Positions 20,584 to 29,975 of a DNA stretch of 64,000 bases are shown in pieces. The notes under the pieces were generated by a model. The model was given only the letters and a program-made list of their open reading frames with translations, ran no database searches and was not told the DNA's origin. The number at the start of each line of letters is the position of its first letter. Position 1 is the first letter of the stretch. A program made the translations under genes and the position numbers. This stretch comes from Calditrichia bacterium (lineage in GTDB: Bacteria; Calditrichota; Calditrichia; JAJRVZ01): NCBI GenBank assembly GCA_963777955.1, contig CAVZSQ010000019.1:128001-192000 (forward strand), given 5' to 3'.

Positions 20584-21478
20584 CAACACTGTGCTGGTGG
20601 CATTCAATACAGACATTGCGGGCATAGGCATCGTTATGACAACTCAGACAATAATCCAGATCCCCTTCAGCCTGACGTTTGTGCAATCCGCCATTCCGGG
20701 GATTGGTCCAATTGGCATAGGCATGATTGCGCGGCATGACCATTTCACGCTGATGACACTCAATACAGAATGCGCCTTCCTGATGACAGGTAAGGCAATT
20801 ATCCTTATTGGTCCGGACATCGATTCCATGATTATTTTTATAATTCAGCGGATGAGTCAAGCGGTCCAGATTATCCCCTTCATGACAATCGGTACAGTAG
20901 GAATTCTGATGACAGTGTACACAAGCTTCTTTATTCAGCTGTGCGGTCGGTCCATGATCCTTATTCCAGCCGGTACGGTGATCCGCAGGTTTAAACGGAT
21001 GGTCCTGTTCATGGCAGACCAGGCACTTTGCCTTATCTTCATTATAATCCATACTGCCATGACATTCGCGGCATTTATTTTCGGCAGGAATTTGTCCGAC
21101 GCCGGCCGGGGATTCCCGCAATTCAATCCCGGCATGACAGACCTTACAATCCTGATCCGATTTAACATGTAGCTGGTGAGCAAATTTCGCCCGCAACTGG
21201 ACTATCCGCGGTACCTCTTGTGCCGCGTCCGGATCAGTATGACACACCTTGCATTCGGTATCTTTTTCATCGTGGCAATTGTAGCAGGTCTGCATCGCAG
21301 GCAGCAGATTGTCCTGGGGTGATTGACTGGCGGATACCGGCTGATGACAATCGGCACATTTGGCGCCGGCTTGCTGCAGGTGGAATTTATGCGAAAAGAT
21401 CAGATCTGCTTGCTGGGAAAAACCCGATAAGATCCAGCAGGCCAAACAAACTATAACGAGAATTAGCAGTCTTTTCAT
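20576..21478 (-). CDS. Periplasmic dodecaheme cytochrome c
   Basis: Sec signal; 12 CxxCH motifs; two c7-like FxHxxH tri-heme modules at the N-terminus. Confidence 0.88.
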   Translation of the reverse strand: MKRLLILVIVCLACWILSGFSQQADLIFSHKFHLQQAGAKCADCHQPVSASQSPQDNLLPAMQTCYNCHDEKDTECKVCHTDPDAAQEVPRIVQLRAKFAHQLHVKSDQDCKVCHAGIELRESPAGVGQIPAENKCRECHGSMDYNEDKAKCLVCHEQDHPFKPADHRTGWNKDHGPTAQLNKEACVHCHQNSYCTDCHEGDNLDRLTHPLNYKNNHGIDVRTNKDNCLTCHQEGAFCIECHQREMVMPRNHAYANWTNPRNGGLHKRQAEGDLDYCLSCHNDAYARNVCIECHQHSVDD

Positions 21479-21497
21479 AGTGGTACACCTTCTCATT

Positions 21498-22688
21498 TTA
21501 CCAGATAAAATGAATATGATTTAAAAGACGATTATCGGAGTCCGCAAAGCGGTTATTCAACCACTGGTACTCCAGATCTGCCTTCCAGTGTTTGGTGAAG
21601 TTGTAATGCAACCGGACCGTGTTGGCTAACTGGTTTTCATATTCATAGATTTCTTCAAAACGGTAGCGGGTATAGTTCACACCAACCGAAGCAATCAGGT
21701 TCTTCCAGATTTCATAGCCATAATCGAACATCACCCCGACCTGATCGCCAAGGTCTCCGGTCTCATAAAGCAGATTGATCGCGCCGCGATTGTCATTAAC
21801 TCCCAGCATCAAACGCTGTCCCGAGGCCTCTTCCAGAGAGATATACTGGACTCCGGCCGATAAACCATAGTCGGCGGTCAAAGCATAATTCGTATTCAGA
21901 CCGGCCTGGGTATATGGTTCGATCTCAAAGATTTTGAAATAAGAATCGGCATAAATTTGTGGAGTCTGTTGTTTGGCAAAAACACTGACAGCCAGCTTAT
22001 TGGAGGGGGCGTACCTGGCCGAGGCATACAGACGATGCAGGGTCGAGTTCAAAATATCATAATGTGTCTGCAGGATGAATTGGATCTTTTTAAGTGAATA
22101 ATTATTCAGATTCAAACCCACAATCTGCCATTGGTTCTCATTTTCCCTTAACCTCTGCAGGTAAGCCAGCTGCACATTAGTGTTGTAAAAATGACGATAG
22201 GTCAACGCTGAACCATAAACCGTGGCAGCATCGAATTCGTATACTTTCATTTCACGGAACAGATTGGATTCCACGCCGCCGAAGATCTGCCAGCTGAGAT
22301 CGGCCACTGGTTTCAGGGTCAGGTTTACACCATCCAGGCTACCAAAGGGAATTCCGGCATGCAGGAACTGTCGGCCGATTTCGAAATCCAGCAAATTATC
22401 AAAAAGATTACTGGCTGAGACCGACATCCGGTAAGCCCGCCAGGGCAGCTGACCCGGTTGCGGCTGGCTCAGCCAGCGCATGGAAACATTCAGGTTCAGA
22501 TTGTTCCAATTTTCGGCCAGGGCAGAGAAACGCAGGAATTGATAAACATTGAGAGCCGACTTTGATCCTTCCTGTTCATAGACGTACAGGGAGGAAGTAT
22601 AGCGGCCGCTCGTTTCAATGGTTTGCGCTGTAATACTATGAATACAGAGCAACGTGGCGATGAGTGAAATCAGATAATTTTTCTTCAT
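21498..22688 (-). CDS. Outer-membrane beta-barrel (porin of a porin-cytochrome conduit)
   Basis: Signal peptide; alternating aromatic/polar strands; GRQ..GxxDG motif; C-terminal aromatic residue (HIHFIW); first gene of the cytochrome operon. Confidence 0.75.
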   Translation of the reverse strand: MKKNYLISLIATLLCIHSITAQTIETSGRYTSSLYVYEQEGSKSALNVYQFLRFSALAENWNNLNLNVSMRWLSQPQPGQLPWRAYRMSVSASNLFDNLLDFEIGRQFLHAGIPFGSLDGVNLTLKPVADLSWQIFGGVESNLFREMKVYEFDAATVYGSALTYRHFYNTNVQLAYLQRLRENENQWQIVGLNLNNYSLKKIQFILQTHYDILNSTLHRLYASARYAPSNKLAVSVFAKQQTPQIYADSYFKIFEIEPYTQAGLNTNYALTADYGLSAGVQYISLEEASGQRLMLGVNDNRGAINLLYETGDLGDQVGVMFDYGYEIWKNLIASVGVNYTRYRFEEIYEYENQLANTVRLHYNFTKHWKADLEYQWLNNRFADSDNRLLNHIHFIW

Positions 22689-22745
22689 AGGCAAAACCTA
22701 TTGTTAATTAAAGTTATTGAGGCATTTAAAACTCTCTATAAAACG

Positions 22746-22761
22746 TCAAATATCATGCCAA
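22746..22761 (-). promoter_or_regulatory. Sigma54 (-24/-12) promoter of the porin-cytochrome operon
   Basis: TTGGCATGATATTTGA on the minus strand, about 60 bp upstream of the start. Confidence 0.7.
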
Positions 22762-22913
22762 ATTATAGTTTTTAATCGGTTTATTATAATCACGACTTTT
22801 AGCCGGAATTCGGTAATAAACCGGGCCAATTGAACTAAATTTATTAAAACTTAACAAATTATCGAATATTTATTTGTTTTAACTGGAATCACTTTTACAT
22901 GTTAGAAAAAATA

Positions 22914-22952
22914 TGAGACATGAAAGCGACACTGTGAGAATTTCAGGTCTCA
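22914..22952. promoter_or_regulatory. Putative enhancer (bEBP) sites
   Basis: TGAGACATGAAAGCGACA and TGAGAATTTCAGGTCTCA; the first matches 25441-25458 at 15/18. Confidence 0.6.
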
Positions 22953-23031
22953 AAATAAAACAGCCGAGATAGATAGGGAAATAAAATCGTTCGTATTGAT
23001 GTGATATTAAATCAGAATTTGAGTATTAAAT

Positions 23032-23079
23032 AAAAAAAAGACCTTCCGGAATAATTCTCCCCCAGCTCCGGAAGGTCTT
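23032..23079 (-). terminator. Rho-independent terminator of the 9-heme lipoprotein gene
   Basis: AAGACCTTCCGGA...TCCGGAAGGTCTT followed by a T-run on the minus strand. Confidence 0.8.
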
Positions 23080-23111
23080 CGATCAGAGTATAATATATTT
23101 ATACTCTTTTC

Positions 23112-24824
23112 TTACCAGTTACTGGCTACAGCTTTCCGATCCGAAGTCAGAATGGCAGCACCGGGAACTTTATTATCCATCAAATGCAAATAACTCTGCT
23201 GTAATAATTGTACAGCATAATCGGGATTATGAACACCATGACTGCCGTCCTCCTCGACGAATATTAAATTCCATCCTGCTTCCCGCTGGATGTAGGTGGA
23301 ATTGTTCGTATCGCCCAGAGCCTCAGCCAAGGATATACCGCCGGTAGTGTCCAGGCCGGTAGTGATCAAGGCATCTTCCAGCATAGTCATCAAGCCGGCA
23401 ACTTCGTCCTGAACCCCTTCTACCTGGTTATCGCCATCAAAATCTTCCAGGGCCATAATATCTTTAAACGATGATATAGTACCATGGCAATTGGAGCATG
23501 CTAACACAGTGGGTTCAAAGGTATGACCGGTCTTGGCCGGTTCCGTTTCGCTCACATATTCAACCCGGTTTAAATGGCAGGTTTTGCAACTATTCTGGAC
23601 ATACAGATGGGAAGGTTGTGCCCAGACAAAATCTTCCGCGGCAACAGCCTGGTAGCCGGTTTTGGCAGCCATCATATCCCCCTGCACGCTGCCATGAGGT
23701 CCAAAGTTAGACCGGCCAATGGCAATTTGCGATTCGCCTCCGCGACGGGCATGGTGACATTGCATACAAAGTTTGCCGACACCACCGTCAGTGATCAATG
23801 GAGATTCGCCATTAGCAGTCACCAGCTGAACATCAGCAATGGTCCGTAGCTGCGCCGGATTAGTTGCGTCGTGGGAATCATGACAGGTAGTGCAGCCCAT
23901 CGATTGAAAAGGCGCCACGGTAGTATCCGGTCTGGCGCTTACCGCCCCGCTGCCATAGAATGTACTCAGATCTCCGGATAAACGAACACCCGCGGCAACC
24001 CCTTCATGACAACCCTGGCAAGATACCGCATCGGCTTCGGCCATAGAACTATGAGCAGATTCCTCCCATTCCGAATAATAAGGATGGTGGGTGCCTTCAT
24101 GACATTTCGCACAATTCTCAGCCGACCAGTCAACAGTGTTACCGCCGCCGGTAAGGTGACCTGAAGCGGCACCGTGGCAGTTTTCGCACTGGACGTTTTC
24201 GAACTTGGCAATCGGTGCTTCGTCATAGCCGCTGTTACCCAAAGGTCCCTCATACCCCACGGCATGGCAGGGATTGCAGTAGGAAGCCGGATGACCGCTG
24301 CCCTGCAGAGTTGCCCAGGCACCGGCATGACCGGTTTCAGACCAATCGTTATATTCACTGGAATGGCAACCCGAACAGGCTGAGGAACCCACGTAATAAG
24401 GCGTCTGGTATGGTGCATACATCCCGACACCCATAGTACGCAGACCCAGACCTATAAGTTGTCCCCCGACCACATGTACACTCACTTCATAAGCCCCGGC
24501 GTCATCCGGTGCTTTCCAGACAACTGTATCCCCAGTGGCACTGTTAAAAGTACCGCCGGTGGCGAACCAGTTATAAACCAGCGTTCCAACCTGATATCCG
24601 GTTGGAATCGTGATGTCTGCGGTAAATGTTACTTTACCCCCCTGGGCTACAGAATCATTGCCGCTGACATTAATGATCTCGACTGCGATCGTATCGTGGA
24701 CGACTTTCTCGACTTCCACGATCTTCTCTTTTTCCGATTCGCAGGATGCCAGCAACATCAATCCCAGCAAGGCTACCGGAACGATCAGCGCCAGTAATTT
24801 GTGCATAATAGAGTTTTTATGCAT
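23112..24824 (-). CDS. Nonaheme cytochrome c lipoprotein with an N-terminal Ig/PKD-like domain
   Basis: LLASC lipobox; Y.W..TGG...V.WKAP...G.Y Ig-like segment; 9 CxxCH motifs; C-terminal helices ending DGSHGVHNP. Confidence 0.85.
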   Translation of the reverse strand: MHKNSIMHKLLALIVPVALLGLMLLASCESEKEKIVEVEKVVHDTIAVEIINVSGNDSVAQGGKVTFTADITIPTGYQVGTLVYNWFATGGTFNSATGDTVVWKAPDDAGAYEVSVHVVGGQLIGLGLRTMGVGMYAPYQTPYYVGSSACSGCHSSEYNDWSETGHAGAWATLQGSGHPASYCNPCHAVGYEGPLGNSGYDEAPIAKFENVQCENCHGAASGHLTGGGNTVDWSAENCAKCHEGTHHPYYSEWEESAHSSMAEADAVSCQGCHEGVAAGVRLSGDLSTFYGSGAVSARPDTTVAPFQSMGCTTCHDSHDATNPAQLRTIADVQLVTANGESPLITDGGVGKLCMQCHHARRGGESQIAIGRSNFGPHGSVQGDMMAAKTGYQAVAAEDFVWAQPSHLYVQNSCKTCHLNRVEYVSETEPAKTGHTFEPTVLACSNCHGTISSFKDIMALEDFDGDNQVEGVQDEVAGLMTMLEDALITTGLDTTGGISLAEALGDTNNSTYIQREAGWNLIFVEEDGSHGVHNPDYAVQLLQQSYLHLMDNKVPGAAILTSDRKAVASNW

Positions 24825-24866
24825 TCATTCACCCCCATTGTTAAAAGATTAGTCATTTGTTCCTGT

Positions 24867-25251
24867 TTAATAAATTCTTTTTGCAATCAATTCAATTACT
24901 GAGTTTAGCGAATCGGTCAGCTCCGATTCTGCTATAGGTTTAATAGCATAATATTGAATTCCCAGCTGACTGATCTCTTTACCCAGACTCTATGCCGGTA
25001 TCCGACGTGGCGAAAAAAATATCCACATGCTGGTTAATCTTACGGACCGAACGCAGAATATGTGCTGAATAAGGGCTCAGAAAATCGTCATCAACAATGA
25101 TCAGAGAAGGATTCTGGGCACAGATGGTCGACATGACATCCAGTGGATCTGCAGATCCATCGTAAATCATCAGAGCATTTTTTTGCCTGGGAATTGCGTT
25201 CCCGACCATCTGATTAAGATTTTGATCCCTGGATATTAACATTATTTTCAT
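24867..25251 (-). CDS. Single-domain response-regulator receiver (atypical); one frameshift
   Basis: Receiver pattern LIIVDDD, FATSD and YAIKP (shifted frame); stop at 24867. Confidence 0.65.
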
Positions 25252-25264
25252 TGCAGGCATCCTG

Positions 25265-25281
25265 TGCAATTGATATGCCAA
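25265..25281 (-). promoter_or_regulatory. Sigma54 promoter for the receiver/9-heme lipoprotein unit
   Basis: TTGGCATATCAATTGCA, near-consensus. Confidence 0.82.
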
Positions 25282-25421
25282 ATACTCTGAAAAATACCCT
25301 TATAAATTAAAAATTATGTGTAATATTATATAAATATGTATAATATTTACTAATATTGTATATGATATAATAGGGACAATGGAGCACACTGGCCATTAAT
25401 GTCCCTGATCAGTTCTTAAAG

Positions 25422-25458
25422 TGAGCGTACCTTGTCGCAGTGGGACATGAATGTGACA
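25422..25458. promoter_or_regulatory. Putative enhancer (bEBP) sites
   Basis: TGAGCGTACCTTGTCGCA and TGGGACATGAATGTGACA. Confidence 0.6.
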
Positions 25459-25503
25459 AATCCCTTATTTAATCTTACCAGCTTTTTGCTTATATTTGTC
25501 ATT

Positions 25504-26979
25504 ATGTTCAGGACCATCAACAGTAAATTTATTTTCTTCACTATCATCTTTATCATGCTAAGTGTTGGTCTGCCCACTACTTTTTTGATCCGCCAGTTCA
25601 GGGCTAATTTTGAACAACGTACCAGCGCCTTGCTGGAAACCACCATGGAAGTGGTTCATGGCGACGTAGTCAACGTAATGTTGAAATATGATCACAAAAG
25701 GGTTCAGGACATTATCGATAAAATAATGCGCTATAAAATCATCCGGCATCTGCGTTTTTTCGATACGGTGGGCAATATACGATTTGCTACCGATACCACC
25801 GAGATCGGTAGAAACATCGATGATGTAGATAAGGGACACGTCCAGATCGGCGAAATAGATCACAAGGTTATCCTGTTACTGGAAAATAAAAAAGTATACA
25901 CCTCCACCCGTGCTATTGTAAATCTGCCGGAGTGTCAATCCTGTCACGGGATTAATCCGGTCATAGGTTATCTGGATATCGATGTTAATCTGACCCGGGC
26001 CGAGAGATATTTTTATACCGGCTCATTTCATATCATCTTTCTGGCTATCGCTATAGTGCTGTTGTTATTTTTCGGATTTTATTACCTGTTCAACCGCTTC
26101 ATCAGAAAACCGCTGGACCGTTTAACCCTGGCGCTTAACCAGGTGGATGAGGGACAGCTGGATACCCGCCTGCCGGCAAAAAAAGCAGATGAAATCGGCA
26201 TTCTGGAACGACAGTTCAACACCATGGTTTCCAACCTGCAGGCTTCCCAGCAGAAGATCGAAGAACTGCACTTCGAACAACTGCAGCGGGCGGATAAACT
26301 GGTAACCCTGGGTGAATTGGCCGCCGAAATGGCTCATGAGATCAACAACCCTGCCGGTATTGTCATGTCCCGCGCTGATTATCTGCACATCAAGGCTGAT
26401 GAGAATTTGGCCTTAAAAAAATACCAGGATGACCTGCAGGTGATCATCAATCAGGTCAATAAAATATCGCGGATTACCGGTAATATTTTAAAGTACAGCA
26501 AAAAATTACCCAAGCAATTTCATACTGTGGATTTAAAGCAGGTTCTTGAAGAAAGTCTCAATGTACTGGAACCGCGCCTGGCTATGAAAAAAATTGATCT
26601 GCACAAAGAATTCAAAGATAATGATTGTCAGATTTCAGGCGATGCCCAGCAACTGGAACAGGTTTTTACCAATTTGATCAACAATGCCGTTGACGCGATG
26701 TCCCAGGGCGGATTTTTAACCTTAAGCCTGGAGCGCAATGAACAGCATCAAATTCAAATTAAAATCAGCGACAGCGGTAGCGGTATCAGTGCGGATCTGC
26801 TGGACCAGATCTTTACTCCATTCTATACCACCAAGCCCCCCGATAAAGGTACGGGTCTGGGACTGTATATTGTCAAAAATATCTGCAAAAACCATAATGC
26901 CGATATTCATTGTACCAGTTCACCCGGCCTGGGGACTACTTTTACGGTAACTTTCAGAGGGAATGATTTGAAAAAATGA
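25504..26979 (+). CDS. HAMP sensor histidine kinase with a periplasmic heme-c motif
   Basis: Two TMs flanking CQSCH; HAMP; AHEINNP H-box; N, G1, F and G2 boxes. Confidence 0.9.
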   Translation: MFRTINSKFIFFTIIFIMLSVGLPTTFLIRQFRANFEQRTSALLETTMEVVHGDVVNVMLKYDHKRVQDIIDKIMRYKIIRHLRFFDTVGNIRFATDTTEIGRNIDDVDKGHVQIGEIDHKVILLLENKKVYTSTRAIVNLPECQSCHGINPVIGYLDIDVNLTRAERYFYTGSFHIIFLAIAIVLLLFFGFYYLFNRFIRKPLDRLTLALNQVDEGQLDTRLPAKKADEIGILERQFNTMVSNLQASQQKIEELHFEQLQRADKLVTLGELAAEMAHEINNPAGIVMSRADYLHIKADENLALKKYQDDLQVIINQVNKISRITGNILKYSKKLPKQFHTVDLKQVLEESLNVLEPRLAMKKIDLHKEFKDNDCQISGDAQQLEQVFTNLINNAVDAMSQGGFLTLSLERNEQHQIQIKISDSGSGISADLLDQIFTPFYTTKPPDKGTGLGLYIVKNICKNHNADIHCTSSPGLGTTFTVTFRGNDLKK

Positions 26980-28346
26980 AAAAGATCTTGATCGTTGACG
27001 ACGAAGAAGATATGCTGCAAAGTTTACGCAAAATTTTATTGCAGCGGCAGTCCTACCAGGTAACGACCATAAAGGACAGCAGGCAGGCTTTACAACTGGC
27101 CGGTCATGAAAAATTTGATCTGATTATAACCGATTTCAAAATGGGCGATATTTCCGGAATCGATATATTAAAAGCGGCCTCCGGTAAATTTCCCGATGCC
27201 AAGGTGATCATGATCTCCGGGTACGGCACAATCGAAGCCAGCGTGCAGGCGATGCAGGAAGGCGCCTTCGATTTTATCGAAAAACCATTTACCTCTAAAA
27301 AATTATTCGCCTGCATTGACCGCGTATTCGGACCGCAGCTTGAAGCAAAAACCTTCGGCAGTGATGCCGGGGGGAAGGTGGTCGAACTGCCGGGTATTAT
27401 CTTTAAAAGCAAACAGATGTCCGAGATAATAACTCTGGTCGGCAAAATTTCTTCCGGAGATTTAAATATACTGCTTACCGGTGAAAGCGGCACCGGCAAG
27501 GAATTAATAGCACGGGCAATCCATAATCTGAGCAAGCGCAGTATCCATCCCTTCGTGCCGGTGAACTGCGGTGCCCTGCCGGAGAATCTGTTTGAAAGTG
27601 AATTATTCGGCCACGAGAAAGGGGCTTTTACCGGTGCCATCAAGACCAAACCGGGATTGCTGGAATTTGCCAACCAGGGTACTTTTTTCTTTGACGAGAT
27701 CGGCGATCTCAGTTTGACCCTGCAGGTAAAACTATTACGCATGCTGGAACAACGCCAGATCCGGCGGGTCGGCGGCCAGAAAGAAATTGATATTGATGTA
27801 AGGATTATTGCCGCCACCAATAAGCAACTGGCCGAAGCCGTCAAAGAAAACAAATTTCGTGAAGATCTGTATTATCGTCTGAATACCATGCAGATCGAGA
27901 TTCCACCCTTGCGCGAACGGACTGATGATATTCTGCCGCTGGCCAATAATTTTCTCGCCGAGTTATGCCGCAAGAATGAAAAAATCGTTACCCGCTACTC
28001 CTCCGAAGCGGAAGAATCCCTCAAATTATATAACTGGCCGGGAAATGTCCGGGAGTTGCAGAATATGATAAGCCGGGCTTATTTTCTCACCTCCTCCCGG
28101 GTAATTCAAAAAGCAGATTTACCGCTGCCGGTCAGCGAGAAAACTTTTTATATCGATCAGCAGATGTTTGATCTATCCTATAAGCAGGCCAAAGATGCGG
28201 TCCTGGAAAAATTTGAAATCGAATATCTGACCGGCCAGTTGCGTAAATATAAAGGTAATATTTCCATAACTGCTGCCAAATGCGGAATTGACCGGCGTTC
28301 GATTCATCGCTTAATTAAAAAATACAACATTATGTATAAAGACTAG
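26976..28346 (+). CDS. Sigma54-dependent (NtrC-family) response regulator
   Basis: Receiver domain, GESGTGKE, GAFTGA, WPGNVREL, Fis-type HTH. Confidence 0.95.
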   Translation: MKKILIVDDEEDMLQSLRKILLQRQSYQVTTIKDSRQALQLAGHEKFDLIITDFKMGDISGIDILKAASGKFPDAKVIMISGYGTIEASVQAMQEGAFDFIEKPFTSKKLFACIDRVFGPQLEAKTFGSDAGGKVVELPGIIFKSKQMSEIITLVGKISSGDLNILLTGESGTGKELIARAIHNLSKRSIHPFVPVNCGALPENLFESELFGHEKGAFTGAIKTKPGLLEFANQGTFFFDEIGDLSLTLQVKLLRMLEQRQIRRVGGQKEIDIDVRIIAATNKQLAEAVKENKFREDLYYRLNTMQIEIPPLRERTDDILPLANNFLAELCRKNEKIVTRYSSEAEESLKLYNWPGNVRELQNMISRAYFLTSSRVIQKADLPLPVSEKTFYIDQQMFDLSYKQAKDAVLEKFEIEYLTGQLRKYKGNISITAAKCGIDRRSIHRLIKKYNIMYKD

Positions 28347-28356
28347 GGGGTGGATT

Positions 28357-29865
28357 ATGAAACTTAAGATTCCTGCTTCCATGCGAAATTGGATTTCATT
28401 AATCGGCACTATGATTGCGCTGATCTGCTTTTTTATGATCGTTTTCCTCTTCTTTATCACCATGATCCTGGGTCAGGGCGGCTCTTATATCGGCCTGGTA
28501 ATTTATGTGCTGTTACCGGCGGTGATGATTATGGGATTATTGTTAGTCCCCATAGGTATGTATTTCCAGCTGCACCGTCGAAAAAAATCGGGACAAATTC
28601 AGGAGCTGACCTGGCCGCGGCTAGATTTAAATGACTTGAAACAACGCCGCTTCTTCTTCAACTTTGCCATTGTAACTACTATTTTTCTGTTTATCTCGGC
28701 TGTAGGCAGTTATGAAGCTTTTCATTTTACCGAGTCGGTCCCCTTCTGCGGTACCATTTGTCATGAAGTCATGAAACCCGAATATACGGCGTACCAGCAT
28801 TCGGCCCATGCCCGCGTGGCTTGCGTCGACTGCCATGTAGGTGAAGGAGCAAACTGGTACATGCGGTCGAAATTATCCGGATTGTACCAGATTTACGCCG
28901 TGACCACCAACATCTTCCCCCGGCCCATTCCGACTCCGGTTAAAAACCTGCGCCCGGCCCGCGAAACCTGCGAACGCTGCCACTGGCCGCAGAAGTTTTA
29001 TGCCCAGAAATTCAGGGCCGAACGGCATTACCTGAATGACGAGCAGAATACCGAATGGGATTATCAGCTGATTATGAAAATCGGTGCAGAATATTCAGCC
29101 CTCGGACTGGTCGAAGGTATTCACTGGCATATCAATCCCGATGTGAAGATCGAATACCTGGCCAATAATGAAAAAAATCTGGAGATACCGTGGGTACGCT
29201 ATACCGATCAAAAAAATAACCGGGTGATCACTTATCTTAACGAAGAAAATCCCATCGATCCCGACACGGTCAAAAACCAAAACATACGCACCATGGATTG
29301 CATGGATTGTCATAACCGGCCATCGCACAGTTACAAACCGCCTGCATTTTTCGTCAATGAGGCGCTGACTTCCGGTTTAATTCCCAAAGAATTACCCCAG
29401 ATCAAATCACTGAGTATGCAGATCTGTGCCATTGAGTTCAATCAGACCGATTCCGCCCGGCAGTACATTCAAAAATCTGTCAGCGAGTTCTACCAGAGTA
29501 ATTATCCGCAAATTTATCAGGAGAAAATGCAGCTGGTTGAGAAAGCCTGGACTGGCTTACAGGAAGCGTATCTGCAAAACATCTTTCCGGAAATGAAAGT
29601 GCGCTGGAATGCTTATCCCAACCATATCGGACATGTAGAATTTCAGGGATGTTTCCGCTGCCATGATGATAAACATAAAAGCTCTGACGGGTATACAATC
29701 GCCAAGGACTGCAATCAGTGTCATCATATCATTGCCCAGGGTAGTCCCGGCCAGATGTCTATTTCAACTCTGGATAAACCCCTGGAGTTTAAGCATCCGG
29801 TTGATGTGGGCGATGCCTGGCGGGAAGGATACTGTACCGATTGTCATACAGGCTTAAATCCCTGA
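28357..29865 (+). CDS. ImcH-like NapC/NirT-family membrane cytochrome c (7 hemes)
   Basis: 3 N-terminal TMs; CGTICH plus 6 CxxCH; LRPARETCERCHWP, GIHWH and CMDCHNRPSH motifs. Confidence 0.85.
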   Translation: MKLKIPASMRNWISLIGTMIALICFFMIVFLFFITMILGQGGSYIGLVIYVLLPAVMIMGLLLVPIGMYFQLHRRKKSGQIQELTWPRLDLNDLKQRRFFFNFAIVTTIFLFISAVGSYEAFHFTESVPFCGTICHEVMKPEYTAYQHSAHARVACVDCHVGEGANWYMRSKLSGLYQIYAVTTNIFPRPIPTPVKNLRPARETCERCHWPQKFYAQKFRAERHYLNDEQNTEWDYQLIMKIGAEYSALGLVEGIHWHINPDVKIEYLANNEKNLEIPWVRYTDQKNNRVITYLNEENPIDPDTVKNQNIRTMDCMDCHNRPSHSYKPPAFFVNEALTSGLIPKELPQIKSLSMQICAIEFNQTDSARQYIQKSVSEFYQSNYPQIYQEKMQLVEKAWTGLQEAYLQNIFPEMKVRWNAYPNHIGHVEFQGCFRCHDDKHKSSDGYTIAKDCNQCHHIIAQGSPGQMSISTLDKPLEFKHPVDVGDAWREGYCTDCHTGLNP

Positions 29866-29972
29866 TCCCCGCCTGCACTATATTCAAGCGAGGCGCCCCC
29901 TGTGCGGGGATGACTGCTAATGTCATACCCGATTGATAAAGTACGAGCATGATCGTATGTAATCGGGTATCT
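29865..29972. repeat. Palindromic elements between convergent genes
   Basis: ATCCCCGC...GCGGGGAT stem ending in ATGAC, then TGTCATACCCGATT...AATCGGGTAT. Confidence 0.55.
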
Positions 29973-29975
29973 GCT

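Noticed and set aside
27104..27853. Long antisense ORFs (this one, 20552-21172, 57132-57758 and others)
   Set aside because: Shadows of well-supported genes on the opposite strand, with no motifs of their own
23112..29865. NrfAH nitrite ammonification pair
   Set aside because: The nonaheme protein has no CxxCK site, and the NapC-family protein is a 502-aa 7-heme form rather than tetraheme NrfH
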